Virus record (IMG/VR): IMGVR_UViG_3300028412_000003
Length of the DNA: 64,000 nucleotides
Source of the DNA: a virus
Taxonomy: Duplodnaviria; Caudoviricetes
Direction: 5' to 3' (one strand)
Program-made: the position numbers and the translations under genes
Notes under the pieces: generated by a model
Told to the model about the DNA's origin: nothing
The model's database searches: none
What the model saw: the letters and a program-made list of their open reading frames with translations, nothing else
In this document: one piece after another, positions 46,501 through 56,271 of the stretch
How positions within the stretch are numbered: position 1 is the first letter of the stretch
Layout: the number at the start of each line of letters is the position of its first letter

Positions 46501-49500
46501 TTTAGTGATCTAACAGAAGGTGATTATGTATGGGTAGGTAAAGAAAATAACACATGGAATGTTTATAGATTTTCTTCATCTAATTATCAAATTGAAAAGA
46601 TAACCGATTCTTATACAATAAGACAAAACGATTCAACTGCGTCTAATATAACAGATGGAACAGTCATTGTATTGAATGATTCACCTGATTTTGAACCAGG
46701 TGAAATAATAGGAATATTTGATGTTAACGAGGGTGAAGGATTTTATGAAATCCTTGATGTTAGAGCAAACGTGTTGGTTCTTGCTACAGAAGGTTTAGGT
46801 ACAGAAGAAATTTCAAAAGGACGAATCGCAAGATTTAAAAGTAAGAGATTTAGTAACCTACAGTTAGCAAATCAAACTATACAGGACCTAGGTCTTAAGA
46901 ATGGTGAAATTATATGGATTGACAATGGGTTAAACAGTAATTGGTCAGTATTCAAAAAAGATACCATTTATGCTCAACAAACTCAGATATTAAATCCAGA
47001 TGCATTTGATTCAAATGATGATCAATTTGCTACATCAGTTAGTGCATCTTCTACTAATAATGAATTAGTAGTTGGTTCTCCCGGAACATTAGATGGTAAA
47101 GTTCATGTGTACTCAAGGTCAGCAGATCTTAATAATTTAGTATTTCGCAATTCTATAACACCACCGGAAAATATAATGGATATTGGTGGAAGATTTGGTA
47201 CTTCTGTTGCACTTTCAGAAGACGGAAAGTATTTAATAATTGGTTCTCCAGAAGCATCAAACGTTAAGACACGATATAAAGGTGAATATTCAACAGTAAT
47301 AGATTATGAAAAAAATGCAGTTGTTCGTTATCTTGATAGTTTGTGGAAAGCTCGTCTAAGAATATTAGGTGCAACTGACAATATTGAATTTTCAACATTT
47401 GATTCTTATAGTCAAATTGCAGAACGTTCTGACTCTAGTCTAATTAAACTTCTAACTCTTGGTAATTATAATTTAGAAGAAACAAACGTTGATCACATAT
47501 TAGTTCGAGCACCTGCAGATATATATGCCGGTGTTGCAGTTGGAGATGATATAGTATTAAAATGGAATAGTTATACACAAGAAAACGGAGATCAATCAAC
47601 AGCAGTAGAACCTTTTGACGGAAACATAATAGGCATTGATGCAGATTACATAAGTGATAGGCACACAATTGAAGAAAAAATAGAGCATATCATCTATGTT
47701 AATAGATGGAGTGCATTGCCAGAGATAGGGGAACAAATATCTTCAGACTCTGCTTCTGGAATTGTAACCTATTTTGATAACAGTGATGCATCATTAATAA
47801 TTTATATTAAAAATTTAAATGGAACTTTTGATAGCTCGGGTGACATTTATGATAGTGAAAATACTTTAATTGGTAGTTATGTTATACCTGATTACGATGC
47901 AGGAACTGGTCTTGGTGGATACTTACAAATTTCAGCACCTTCTTATGTTAACAGTGTAGTTGACGATGTGTATACAGACGAAGGTAGAGGATTAATAATA
48001 CAAGATGTATTGCGAGCAACCGAAGCCGAATATACCGATCCACTTCGTCCTAATTTCTATTACAATGTAACTGAAATATTGCAAGATCTTGGTACAATTG
48101 CAAATCAAAACGAAGAAATATCATATCTATCTGTGCTTTCGTATAGAGGAGATCCTTACGCATTAATAGAATCTGACCAATTAGACGATCGCTGGGTAGT
48201 AAGAGCACCAAAAGCATTTACAGACACGATAACTAATACTTCATTATTAGCAGGAACAGGAAACGGAGATAAATTCCGTTTTTATCCAAATACAGAAATT
48301 CCTTTAACTAATCTTGGATTAGGTAATGTAGATTTTGATGTTGAATTAGAAGTTAAGGATCTTTGGGATGGTTATATTGATTTTGAATTTACAGAATTTC
48401 AGATAGCAGACGAAGAGCCAGACGGAGTAGTAGGGGATCCATTTGAACCAGTAGTTGGAGATGTCATATCTGATAATACAACCGGAGCAACGGCTGAAGT
48501 TGTATTCTATAAGAGAAACTTCAATGATGTTAGGGTTTATGTTAAGAATGTAACAGGAACTTGGAGACTTGGTTCATTATGGGGAGAGTCGGGTAACGTA
48601 TCAAGACAGGGTTCTCCTGTTCGTACCATAGGAGCAATACGTCAGGTATCGTTAGGAACTTCTGAAGTTGGTAAACTTATCGTAATAGAAGAAAATGATC
48701 TACTACAAATACCAAATCTACAAAGTATATCAAGTCAAGAATATTGGTTTTATACAGAAGATTTTAATATATCTGGTATTCCTAGGGACGCTAATTTACC
48801 ATCTTCTAATAACAGAGATTGGATACAAGTTTACAATATAGAAGCAACGGAATTTGGAACAGAAAGTGGATACACAAACCAAGGAATGTATTCAGTATAT
48901 GAACGTAGAGTAAGAGGTTCATACGAATACGTCAATTCGTTTGTTGTTCCAGAAGCAGAAAATGATAGAAGATTAGGAGCCCAAGTTAAAGTTTCTAAGC
49001 AAAATGATTTGTATACTTTTTATATTTCTTCAAGTGGAAACGGAACGGTTAACTTACCTGGTACTATTAATATGGTACTACACGGAAATAGAAATGGAAT
49101 AACGTATGTTTGGGAAAGAGCAAAAGATCGAAATTACCGAGGAATTTTCCAGGATAATGTTTTCTATAAAGAAAATGAAATTGTAAGAGTTGGAACAAAA
49201 ACCTACCATTCTATAACTAATTTAGCACCCGGTGTGTTTGATGAAGAAGATTGGATTGAAAGTTCTTCTGATGTATCATACACAGGATATATTCCAATAA
49301 ATGCAGAAGATAACATAAATGACGATATCTTTTCACCTGGAAATCCAGATAGCTCTGTTCCGGGAATCTTGCAATTTGCATATGATTTTGACATATCTGA
49401 CAATGGACAGATACTTGCAGTTTCTTCAAAGCTAACTGGAAATGATAGTACAAAACAATCAACTATTGAAATTTATCGTAGAGAAAATGACCATTTTAGT

Positions 49501-52500
49501 TTGTCACAAGTGATACAAGCACCTGAAGATTTTACAGGATACGGAGAATCAATAGCATTATCAAATAATGGTAATTTCTTAGCAGTGGGTGAACCATACA
49601 ATGATTCAAGACGAGTTGATCAAGGCCGTGTTCATATCTATAAACAAACAGCCGGAACTTTTGTTTCAAATCAAATATTAAAAAGTACCAGTAACGAAAA
49701 AGCTGAAAAATTTGGATACAAATTATCTTTTGACGACAACCAATTAGTTATCACAAGTTTAAATGGAGATATCAAAGCAAAAACTACTTTTGACGGAGAT
49801 TCAACATACTTTGATCAAAGATTAACACGATTTGTAAATATAGACTTTAATACAGGATTGGTACAGCTTTATGAAAAAATTAATGATACATTAGTTTATG
49901 CTGATGCATTCTCTTTTAAGGACATAGATACCGATTTAACATTCTTTGGTGAAAATGTATTAGTGAAAAATAATCATGTATACATCGGAATACCACGAGC
50001 TAGATTACAAGATGATCTGTATGAAGGATTGTTGTTAGATTACAGAAAGCCAAAAAATACAAATACATGGTCGCTTCATCGTGAACCAATAGATCCTGTA
50101 AATATAAATGATATTAAAACCGCATTTGTTTATAATAAAAGAACAAATCAATACGAATCTAATGTTGATTTTATTGATCCAATACAAGGAAAAATTGCAG
50201 GTATAGCAGATCAAGATATTACCTATAAGACATATTATGATCCTGCCATTTATAATATAGGAGATGAAGAGGTTATAGTAGATGAAACTGAACATTGGGC
50301 AGAACGTTATGTTGGAAGAGTTTGGTGGGATTTAACCAATGCGTTGTTTATAAATCCTTATCAAGGAGATATAATATATCAAACCAATTCCTGGAATAAA
50401 TTATTTCCTGGGGCTAGTATTGATGTATATGAGTGGGTAGAAACAACCTTGTTGCCATCCGAATGGGATAGTTTGTCTGACACAGACGAAGGTCTTGCAA
50501 ATAATATTTCAGGAACGACAAAATATGGTGATGCCGCATATACAACTAAACAAAAATATGATAGCATTGCACAAAGTTTTGAATCAAGGTATTATTATTG
50601 GGTTAAGAACAAAGTAACGGTACCAAATGTAGAATTTCGTACTATAAGCATTAATGATATAACAAATCTAATTGCAAATCCATTTAGACAACAGTATCGT
50701 TTTGCAAGTTTATTATCTGAAAATAGATTTTCTCTTAATAATTTAGATAGATTCCTTGAAGATAAAAATCTAATAATTAGTTTCCAATTTTGGGAATTAA
50801 ACAATAGAGATATGAACATACATAATGAATATCAATTAATTACTGATGGATTAGGAACAAGTAAACCAAAAAGAGATATTGAAACAAAATGGTTTGATTC
50901 TTTGGTCGGAAAAGATAGATTCTTCCAAGAAGTACCAAATATAGAACTAAGTCCAAAAATAAGATATGGAAACCTAAATCGACCAAGACAAAGTTGGTTT
51001 ATTAACCGCAAAGAAGCACTTAAACAAGTAGTTGAAAGAACTAATGCAGTATTGCTCGAAAATCTAATAGTGGATGATTTTGATCTATCAGCACTCGAAG
51101 ATCAAGATCCTGCACCTTCTATTGTAACCAATTTATTTGATAATATAGTTGATAATTTTGCACAATTACAGTTTGTTGGAACATCCCGATTTTCTCGAGC
51201 AATATTAACTCCTGTTATAGAAGATGGAAAAATAACAAGAATTGATATAGCAGAGCAAGGTAGAGGATATCTAAGAATACCAACATTTCAGATTATAGGA
51301 AAAGGTCAGGATGCTGATTTTGAAATCACACTTGACGGAATTGGTCGAATTTCCGGTGTAACTGTAACAAATGAAGGTTTTGGATATGATTCTACAACTT
51401 CTATAATTGTACGTCCGTTCTCTATATTAGTTGAAAATGATGAATTTATTAATAATAAATGGAGTATATATAGCTGGAATCAAACCCTAAGAGAATGGGA
51501 ACGTCGCAGAACACAAGATTATGATGTAACTTCATATTGGGAATATTCAGATTGGTATGCAACCGGTTATAATACATTTTCACAAGTTGATTATACAATT
51601 GACGAAGCATATGAATTAACTGCATTAAATGATATAATTGGAAATGTAACTAAGATTCGTAATATTGGTTCAGGTGGTTGGTTATTGCTTCTTAAAGTAG
51701 ACGATCAAGATACTATTGACTATACTGTTAATTATGAAACAATAGGTAGAGAAAATGGAACAATACAATTTAGTTCTTCTCTTTATGATCCAGCTGCTGG
51801 ACAAACAGGATTTGATGTTAACAATTATGATATTACATTATATGATAGTGAGCCAGCAATAGAGATACGTAAGATATTAGAGATAATAAGAGATGATCTG
51901 TTTGTTGATCAATTAGAAGTTGAGTATAACAAACTTTTCTTTGCAAGTCTCCGTTATGTATTTACAGAACAAGGATATGTTGATTGGGCCTTTAAAACTA
52001 GTTTTGTTAAGGCAACCCATAATGTTGGAACTTTGCAACAAAAGACTACTTATCAAAATGATAATCTTCCAAGTTACGAAGATTATATATTTGAAGTTAA
52101 ACCTTACAAAACAAAGATAAGAGAATATCTTTCAACATATGATAGCAAAGATGACACCCATTCTGTTGTAACAGATTTTGATCTACCACCTTCGTATAAC
52201 GAAGACCGTAAGAAAATACTTCCAGAAAGTGTAAAAATAAGAGATGGAGTATTAACAGGTGTAACAAATAAGACACAGTCTTATCCTTGGAAACATTGGC
52301 TTGATAATTATGCTTATTCGGTTACGGAAATAAGAATAAGCAATGGTGGAACAGGATACACAGAAAGACCTGTTGTTCGCCTAATAGGTGGCGGCGGTAC
52401 AGGAGCCACCGCAAGGGCAAATATCGGATCAGGTTCTGTAAATTCAATTACTGTATTAACTTCTGGGTCTAATTATACATCGGCACCAAAAGTTGAAATA

Positions 52501-55500
52501 GAAAGACCTCAAATCGAAGGAAGTGTACCAGCAAGAGCGTCTGCTATAATTGGAGACTCACCTGTTCGTAGTTCTCATATAGCTGTTAAATTTGATAGAG
52601 TTAATGGATCGTATTACATCCTTAATATAGATGAATCAGAATCATTTAATGGTACTGCTTCTCGTACAAACTTCAATTTAAAATGGCCTATGGATTTAAG
52701 AACCAATACAGTTTCTATAACAATAAATGGACAAGAAGTATTACGTTCTGAATACGAATTTAGCAATTTACTTGATGAAAGTAAAGGATATGATAGATAT
52801 AAAGGACAAATAAGATTTACTAATCCACCATCTAATGGTGCAGCGATTGTAATCAATTATAAGAAAAATGCTCTTATGCTCACAGCACAGGATCGTATTA
52901 ATTTCTATTATAATCCAACGTCGGGACAATTTGGTAAAGATCTTGGACAGTTAATGGATGGTATTGATTATGGTGGAGTTGAGGTTCGTTCGTTTGGATT
53001 TTCAGGCGGCGGCGGCTGGGATACCGAACCATGGTATACCGGAACATGGGACACATATGATACTACCTTTGAAGATGAAATCTTTACTTTGGATGGATCA
53101 ACTATTGTTCTTGAACTAGCACAACCATTAGAAAACGGAGTTGAATATAACATTTATAAAAATGGTATTCGTTTAGATGATCCTAGTGATTCAACTCCAT
53201 CTAATCCAAACGCTGTAACACAACCAATACAAGGAGACGGTGTAACTGATGTTATAAATCTTCAAAATATTAATATTGATGCAGGCGATGGCGATGTTAT
53301 TATAGTAAGAAAATCAACTTCTGATGGTTCGTTCCTTCCAGATCCGGATTCTTATGACACCTTGTTACAAGGTGGAGACATGGCTTATCAAACTGCAAAA
53401 GGTATTGCAGCCGATCAAATTGTAGTAGACGGTGATGGATTTGTAACTCCGACTACCAGTAAAGGACCAGAAGAATTAATTCCTGGACAAGTACTTGATA
53501 CACTTGACATACAAGTGTATGACAGAGTTGGAAACGGAGGATCTCGAATTTATTCCGCTAATTATATAACAGATGGAATAACAGAAACCTATCCATTAGT
53601 TGAAAGACCAAATAGTCAAGATGCAATATTTGTTAAAATTTCAAATCAAATTGTAAATTCTTATTCAGTAGATTGGGAAACAAACGAATTAACATTTAAT
53701 GCAATACCGGTAGCAAATCAAGAACTTAATATTGTAGTGGTAGGGGAAAGCGGAACTAGTGTTCTTGATGCAATAACCTTAACAGGAAACGGAAGCACTT
53801 CAACTTTTTCAACAGCAGCAAGATATAGTGATGGAAATATAACAGCAAATGTGATGGTTAATGGAGTTCCAACCGAAGTTACCTTAACAAAGAATGTACG
53901 TGAAAATGAAATTTCTTTGATAGCAGACGGATCAACTGTAAACTTTGAACTTCCTTACTATCCAAGTATTGATTCAGTAATAACAGTAGACGGCATTGAG
54001 CAATTACCGCAATTCTATCAATATCAAATTTTAACTGACGAATTTGGTGATAATCAATATGTTCTATCATTCTTAGATAATATTCCGTTATCCGGAAGTA
54101 GTGTAATTATATACGACAATATTGGTAATACTGATATTGAATTTGCTGTTCCTCCAGCAGAAGGCGCAACAATAAGAGTTATTGTTTATGATAGTCCAAC
54201 GACTGTTTCTAGCGTAGTTGAACTTGAACAATTAATTGGTGACGGTTCAACAGAACAATTTGAATTAAGCAATGCACCTTTCTCTCAAGATCCAACTAGG
54301 TATCGTACCTTAGTTGAAGTAGACGGACAAATGCTATCGGCAGGATATACTCAAGAATTTAATGTAACAACTGCTCGCGAATATATTATTGAAACTTGGC
54401 AAATTCCAAGAGGAACCATTGCAACTGATAATCTTAGAGTTTTCTTAAATGGAGAAGAACTTGAACAAACAATTAGTTGGAGATGGGACACTTTTAATTC
54501 TTCAGTTCTGTTGTTTACAGACATAGGTACAGTAAATGACAAACTTCTAGTTTATATAATAGACGACGGTGAATATACTATTGAAGGATCTACTCTAACA
54601 TTTGATACAGCACCTGCAATAGATGCTACTATTAAAGTTTGGCAATTTTCTAATCATGATGTACAAGATATCAATCGCAAAACATATGATATAGTTGCCC
54701 GGGAAGCAATCATAGTAGGAACAGAAGCCTATTCAACGTATAATCAATTGTCAAATGGCATAATTAAATTAAAGTCACCTGCACAAGATGCACAATATGT
54801 ATGGGTTTCTATAAATGGTGAAACACTTTCTCCAAGTGTTGATTACTATGTAACAGACGATTTGAATAGTTTTCGAATCGTACGTGAATTAGCAGAAGGG
54901 GATGTTGTTGACTATATACACTTTACAGCTGATAAGAAAACTGATACATTTGGATTTAGACAGTTCAAGGATATGTTAAACAGGACTCATTATAAGAGAC
55001 TTGATGAAACCATGACTTATATTCTAGCATCGGATCTAAATTGGTGGGATCTTCGAATTGAAGTAACCGATGGAACAACATTACCAGAACCTAATAAAGA
55101 AAAAAATATTCCAGGAGTGGTTTTCTTAGATGGTGAACGTATTGAATATTTTGTCAAGCAAGACAACACTTTGCGTCAATTACGTCGAGGCACATTAGGA
55201 ACTGGAGTAAAAGATCTTTATGTAGCAGGTACAAAGGTGTACGAGCAAGGCCCTGGACAAACAATACCGTACAAGGATCAAACAAGAACTCAAGTTTTTC
55301 AATCCGATGGAACTACTAACCTTTACACGCTTGATTTTGTTGCATCAAATGTAGATGAAATAGAGGTTTTTGTTGGAGGAAGACGTTTAAGGAAAACAGA
55401 GATACAATCATTTGATAAAACAATTGATCAAGATTCTCCAGAAGCAGACATTACCCTTCCTGTAGAATTTTCAGTAGACGGTACAACTTTAACACTAACT

Positions 55501-55641
55501 GAAGATCCATTAGAAAATTCAAACATTGTTGTAGTACGAAAAATAGGAAAAACTTGGACAGACCAAGGAATATCCATTCGTTATGCAGATAATGACATAT
55601 CACGCTTTATCCGAGCAAGATCGGTTGAGCTACCAGAATAA
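40534..55641 (+). CDS. Giant baseplate wedge/fibre protein (gp7 position), 5035 aa
   Basis: Uninterrupted 15.1-kb ORF after gp6; contains FG-GAP-like propeller repeats, CBM-like W-x5-Y-x2-G-x-V repeats, I.I...G.GY...P repeats and (G/A)DG.T..F Ig-like repeats. Confidence 0.8.
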   Translation: MAYDNNQNEYPINPEKPDRSVKSTQFLPRFFRTPTNEKFLNATLDQMIQPGVAEKLSGYFGRRVSKARKKDDSYVGAVTSQRENYQLEPATVIKDDLSNVLFYKDYQDFINQTTAFKGNTSNHNILNAQEYYAWNPNIDWDKIANFREYYWLPNGPQPVPVRGNAKEVQSTLTVELAEQGDSLAYLFTPNGFTPNKTLKLFRGQTYRFQINTPNHPIAFATSRSFTPGEAILVATTEGIKASGLYDNAPYDGEQYDVGPFVVDPNPGGVTPGEAINRSQIYNDGVTRYNEEFEEVAVVYVEEGFIEFKVPENAPDKLYYISKNDVNVSGFIKIYDIEENTEINVEEEIIGKRAYKTSTGYDISNGMKIYFQGDVTPEIYSTGEWYVEGVGSEIKLINSNDLEIPAAYSTNLEIPFDTDGFDTLPYANSSSFAGTKDYIVINRASLDRNAWTRYNRWFHRGVIETSAIINGTEVEVDQAQRAKRPIIEFEAGLKLYNFGSASKTDIALIDNFTTDVFSTIEGSIGYNVDGIDLTEGQRILFTADPDSFVANKIYEVTFVTFENRRQIALRETIDTQPLLNETVLVQQGVENAGQIYFYNGSSWIRGQEKTEINQEPKFDLFDKNGISYADQTVYDATNFRGNSIFSYRRGTGIVDTELGFALSYRAFENVGDIVFDFNLLNESYTYAQSNTQIMIDSKIAYLQKYSQREEFSYKNGWTKGRRNSRQKVTRQFFGEDIVNDFPVDVYNRSGELNDLRVWVYVNNNLKFFEIDYEINRINGIAYVRFFTDLVPGDRILIKSNSLTPKNDNGYYEIPTNLERNPLNNNILSFTLGEVNDHVTTIVEEAFEFNGNFPGNSNLRDLGEIDQYGTKIVKHSGPFNLANFHITDKENNIVKALRFNRKEYAKFKRLFFQTAFNLGFDGTIKEHVDRILGEMNKAKTNTMPFYFSDMLPSGPSKKLEYTVVDTRNEFFALTQPFTLGELSPIAVLVYKNESQLIHGKDYTFNDNGFCIITADKEIDDIIEIYEYETTDGCFIPPTPTKLGLYQAYRPAIINDTTYRTPTVMIQGHDGSLTRAYDDYRDDLLLELETRIYNNLKQPYRTDILDIKDFVGGEFRSTNYTRDSINDSMIYDFTQWLSVVGSVDYTNNNFYVNGDTFTYNYKFMSSPSGKPLPGFWRAVYKEAYDTDRPHTNPWEMLGFTVMPDWWTDKYGPAPYTRDNLILWNDLEQGAIKEPGTNPQYLTKYARPGLTTHIPVDSQGNLLSPLDSNYAKGYISNLTVREFAFGDEAPVETAWRKSSEYPFSLITSWLLNQPSKVMGIGFDISRIERDLAGHLVYTESQEQIRTADLIFPNTIMGNTRINTAGLVNFMYNYLASSVLLSYENYKDRLTSITTQLGAKIGGFTDKDKFELILDSRTPFNKSNVLIPKENYNIFLNTSSPVEVINYSGVIIERLTGGYAIRGYDRNSPGFSYFRAHELNNDTLINIGGVSQSFVNWDVNNRYLVGQVVQYQSKFYRTKTAHVSESSFDIEKFAVLPRLPIDGGRDVYIRKSFDKRRVLEIPYGFVFKTIQEVADFIFGYQAYLIDKGFIFDYFDKDAGVVEDWVQSIKEFAFWTTQNWQENSSITLSPGAAQIKFKSEFSVVDNLFDNFYDYSLFKADGQKLKEDFTSRVRNNENDFIVSPRETADGIYNIKLPLVQKEHVLLLDNRTVFNDILYDLEPGYRQERIRVVGYRSDNWTGGLNIPGFIYDSATVTEWETNKDYSIGDLVKYKEFYYVSNNKISGTDKFSTKDWTRLGERPEPKLRTNFDFKISEFSDFYSLDTDNFDGEQQRMAQHLIGYQDRDYLKNIINDDISQYKFYQGYIADKGTKNSLTKLFDALASADKESLEFYEEWGVRVGQIGAVEKFSEIEYALDETKFFLTPQPIELTNTIDTNDTRLIYKIRESETYLKNLNYDHTPFPTVANFTEFLKTAGYIHTDDVVQSLIDYKSILNLDFSDLTEGDYVWVGKENNTWNVYRFSSSNYQIEKITDSYTIRQNDSTASNITDGTVIVLNDSPDFEPGEIIGIFDVNEGEGFYEILDVRANVLVLATEGLGTEEISKGRIARFKSKRFSNLQLANQTIQDLGLKNGEIIWIDNGLNSNWSVFKKDTIYAQQTQILNPDAFDSNDDQFATSVSASSTNNELVVGSPGTLDGKVHVYSRSADLNNLVFRNSITPPENIMDIGGRFGTSVALSEDGKYLIIGSPEASNVKTRYKGEYSTVIDYEKNAVVRYLDSLWKARLRILGATDNIEFSTFDSYSQIAERSDSSLIKLLTLGNYNLEETNVDHILVRAPADIYAGVAVGDDIVLKWNSYTQENGDQSTAVEPFDGNIIGIDADYISDRHTIEEKIEHIIYVNRWSALPEIGEQISSDSASGIVTYFDNSDASLIIYIKNLNGTFDSSGDIYDSENTLIGSYVIPDYDAGTGLGGYLQISAPSYVNSVVDDVYTDEGRGLIIQDVLRATEAEYTDPLRPNFYYNVTEILQDLGTIANQNEEISYLSVLSYRGDPYALIESDQLDDRWVVRAPKAFTDTITNTSLLAGTGNGDKFRFYPNTEIPLTNLGLGNVDFDVELEVKDLWDGYIDFEFTEFQIADEEPDGVVGDPFEPVVGDVISDNTTGATAEVVFYKRNFNDVRVYVKNVTGTWRLGSLWGESGNVSRQGSPVRTIGAIRQVSLGTSEVGKLIVIEENDLLQIPNLQSISSQEYWFYTEDFNISGIPRDANLPSSNNRDWIQVYNIEATEFGTESGYTNQGMYSVYERRVRGSYEYVNSFVVPEAENDRRLGAQVKVSKQNDLYTFYISSSGNGTVNLPGTINMVLHGNRNGITYVWERAKDRNYRGIFQDNVFYKENEIVRVGTKTYHSITNLAPGVFDEEDWIESSSDVSYTGYIPINAEDNINDDIFSPGNPDSSVPGILQFAYDFDISDNGQILAVSSKLTGNDSTKQSTIEIYRRENDHFSLSQVIQAPEDFTGYGESIALSNNGNFLAVGEPYNDSRRVDQGRVHIYKQTAGTFVSNQILKSTSNEKAEKFGYKLSFDDNQLVITSLNGDIKAKTTFDGDSTYFDQRLTRFVNIDFNTGLVQLYEKINDTLVYADAFSFKDIDTDLTFFGENVLVKNNHVYIGIPRARLQDDLYEGLLLDYRKPKNTNTWSLHREPIDPVNINDIKTAFVYNKRTNQYESNVDFIDPIQGKIAGIADQDITYKTYYDPAIYNIGDEEVIVDETEHWAERYVGRVWWDLTNALFINPYQGDIIYQTNSWNKLFPGASIDVYEWVETTLLPSEWDSLSDTDEGLANNISGTTKYGDAAYTTKQKYDSIAQSFESRYYYWVKNKVTVPNVEFRTISINDITNLIANPFRQQYRFASLLSENRFSLNNLDRFLEDKNLIISFQFWELNNRDMNIHNEYQLITDGLGTSKPKRDIETKWFDSLVGKDRFFQEVPNIELSPKIRYGNLNRPRQSWFINRKEALKQVVERTNAVLLENLIVDDFDLSALEDQDPAPSIVTNLFDNIVDNFAQLQFVGTSRFSRAILTPVIEDGKITRIDIAEQGRGYLRIPTFQIIGKGQDADFEITLDGIGRISGVTVTNEGFGYDSTTSIIVRPFSILVENDEFINNKWSIYSWNQTLREWERRRTQDYDVTSYWEYSDWYATGYNTFSQVDYTIDEAYELTALNDIIGNVTKIRNIGSGGWLLLLKVDDQDTIDYTVNYETIGRENGTIQFSSSLYDPAAGQTGFDVNNYDITLYDSEPAIEIRKILEIIRDDLFVDQLEVEYNKLFFASLRYVFTEQGYVDWAFKTSFVKATHNVGTLQQKTTYQNDNLPSYEDYIFEVKPYKTKIREYLSTYDSKDDTHSVVTDFDLPPSYNEDRKKILPESVKIRDGVLTGVTNKTQSYPWKHWLDNYAYSVTEIRISNGGTGYTERPVVRLIGGGGTGATARANIGSGSVNSITVLTSGSNYTSAPKVEIERPQIEGSVPARASAIIGDSPVRSSHIAVKFDRVNGSYYILNIDESESFNGTASRTNFNLKWPMDLRTNTVSITINGQEVLRSEYEFSNLLDESKGYDRYKGQIRFTNPPSNGAAIVINYKKNALMLTAQDRINFYYNPTSGQFGKDLGQLMDGIDYGGVEVRSFGFSGGGGWDTEPWYTGTWDTYDTTFEDEIFTLDGSTIVLELAQPLENGVEYNIYKNGIRLDDPSDSTPSNPNAVTQPIQGDGVTDVINLQNINIDAGDGDVIIVRKSTSDGSFLPDPDSYDTLLQGGDMAYQTAKGIAADQIVVDGDGFVTPTTSKGPEELIPGQVLDTLDIQVYDRVGNGGSRIYSANYITDGITETYPLVERPNSQDAIFVKISNQIVNSYSVDWETNELTFNAIPVANQELNIVVVGESGTSVLDAITLTGNGSTSTFSTAARYSDGNITANVMVNGVPTEVTLTKNVRENEISLIADGSTVNFELPYYPSIDSVITVDGIEQLPQFYQYQILTDEFGDNQYVLSFLDNIPLSGSSVIIYDNIGNTDIEFAVPPAEGATIRVIVYDSPTTVSSVVELEQLIGDGSTEQFELSNAPFSQDPTRYRTLVEVDGQMLSAGYTQEFNVTTAREYIIETWQIPRGTIATDNLRVFLNGEELEQTISWRWDTFNSSVLLFTDIGTVNDKLLVYIIDDGEYTIEGSTLTFDTAPAIDATIKVWQFSNHDVQDINRKTYDIVAREAIIVGTEAYSTYNQLSNGIIKLKSPAQDAQYVWVSINGETLSPSVDYYVTDDLNSFRIVRELAEGDVVDYIHFTADKKTDTFGFRQFKDMLNRTHYKRLDETMTYILASDLNWWDLRIEVTDGTTLPEPNKEKNIPGVVFLDGERIEYFVKQDNTLRQLRRGTLGTGVKDLYVAGTKVYEQGPGQTIPYKDQTRTQVFQSDGTTNLYTLDFVASNVDEIEVFVGGRRLRKTEIQSFDKTIDQDSPEADITLPVEFSVDGTTLTLTEDPLENSNIVVVRKIGKTWTDQGISIRYADNDISRFIRARSVELPE

Positions 55642-55644
55642 ATA
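55638..55644 (+). promoter_or_regulatory. Late promoter ATAAATA overlapping the giant ORF stop
   Basis: Motif read directly, 19 nt before the ATG at 55663. Confidence 0.65.
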
Positions 55645-55662
55645 CAATTGAAGGTAGAATAA

Positions 55663-56271
55663 ATGACATCATTTTTAGACAAACCAGGAGTGTTAATACA
55701 AGGACACATTCATATTTTTAACCCAGAATCTGGCGAAACAATAGTGAATAAAAGAAACGCCATACATTACGAAAACATGTCAATTTCATTAGCAGAGAGT
55801 CTTGCTAATGCAGGACAAGGTTTTATATATGAAATGACTTTTGGCAATGGAGGAACAAGTGTCGATCCAACTGGAATCATAACTTATCTAACTCCAAATA
55901 GTACAGGAACTAATGCTAGTTTGTACAATGAAACTTTTACAAAGATAGTAGATGATAGAAGTGTGAACAATTTAGATCCAGTTCGAAATAAGACAGAAAC
56001 ACGTCATGTAAGCGGAACAAATTATACAGATATATTGATAACATGTTTACTTGATTATGGGGAGCCTAATGGACAAGATGCGTTTGATACAGCAACAGAA
56101 TCTAACAGTCTTTATGTTTTTGATGAATTAGGACTGAGGGCATATTCAACGTCTGGCACCGGTCGTTTGATCACTCATGTTATATTTCATCCGGTTCAAA
56201 AAAGTTTAAACAGACTTATACAAGTTGATTACACTGTAAGAGTACAAAGTTTGACGGGGTTTAATGAATAA
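55663..56271 (+). CDS. Baseplate/fibre attachment structural protein (202 aa)
   Basis: FDELGL...L.THVIFHPVQKSLNR.I..DYTVR; position between the wedge and fibre genes. Confidence 0.65.
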   Translation: MTSFLDKPGVLIQGHIHIFNPESGETIVNKRNAIHYENMSISLAESLANAGQGFIYEMTFGNGGTSVDPTGIITYLTPNSTGTNASLYNETFTKIVDDRSVNNLDPVRNKTETRHVSGTNYTDILITCLLDYGEPNGQDAFDTATESNSLYVFDELGLRAYSTSGTGRLITHVIFHPVQKSLNRLIQVDYTVRVQSLTGFNE

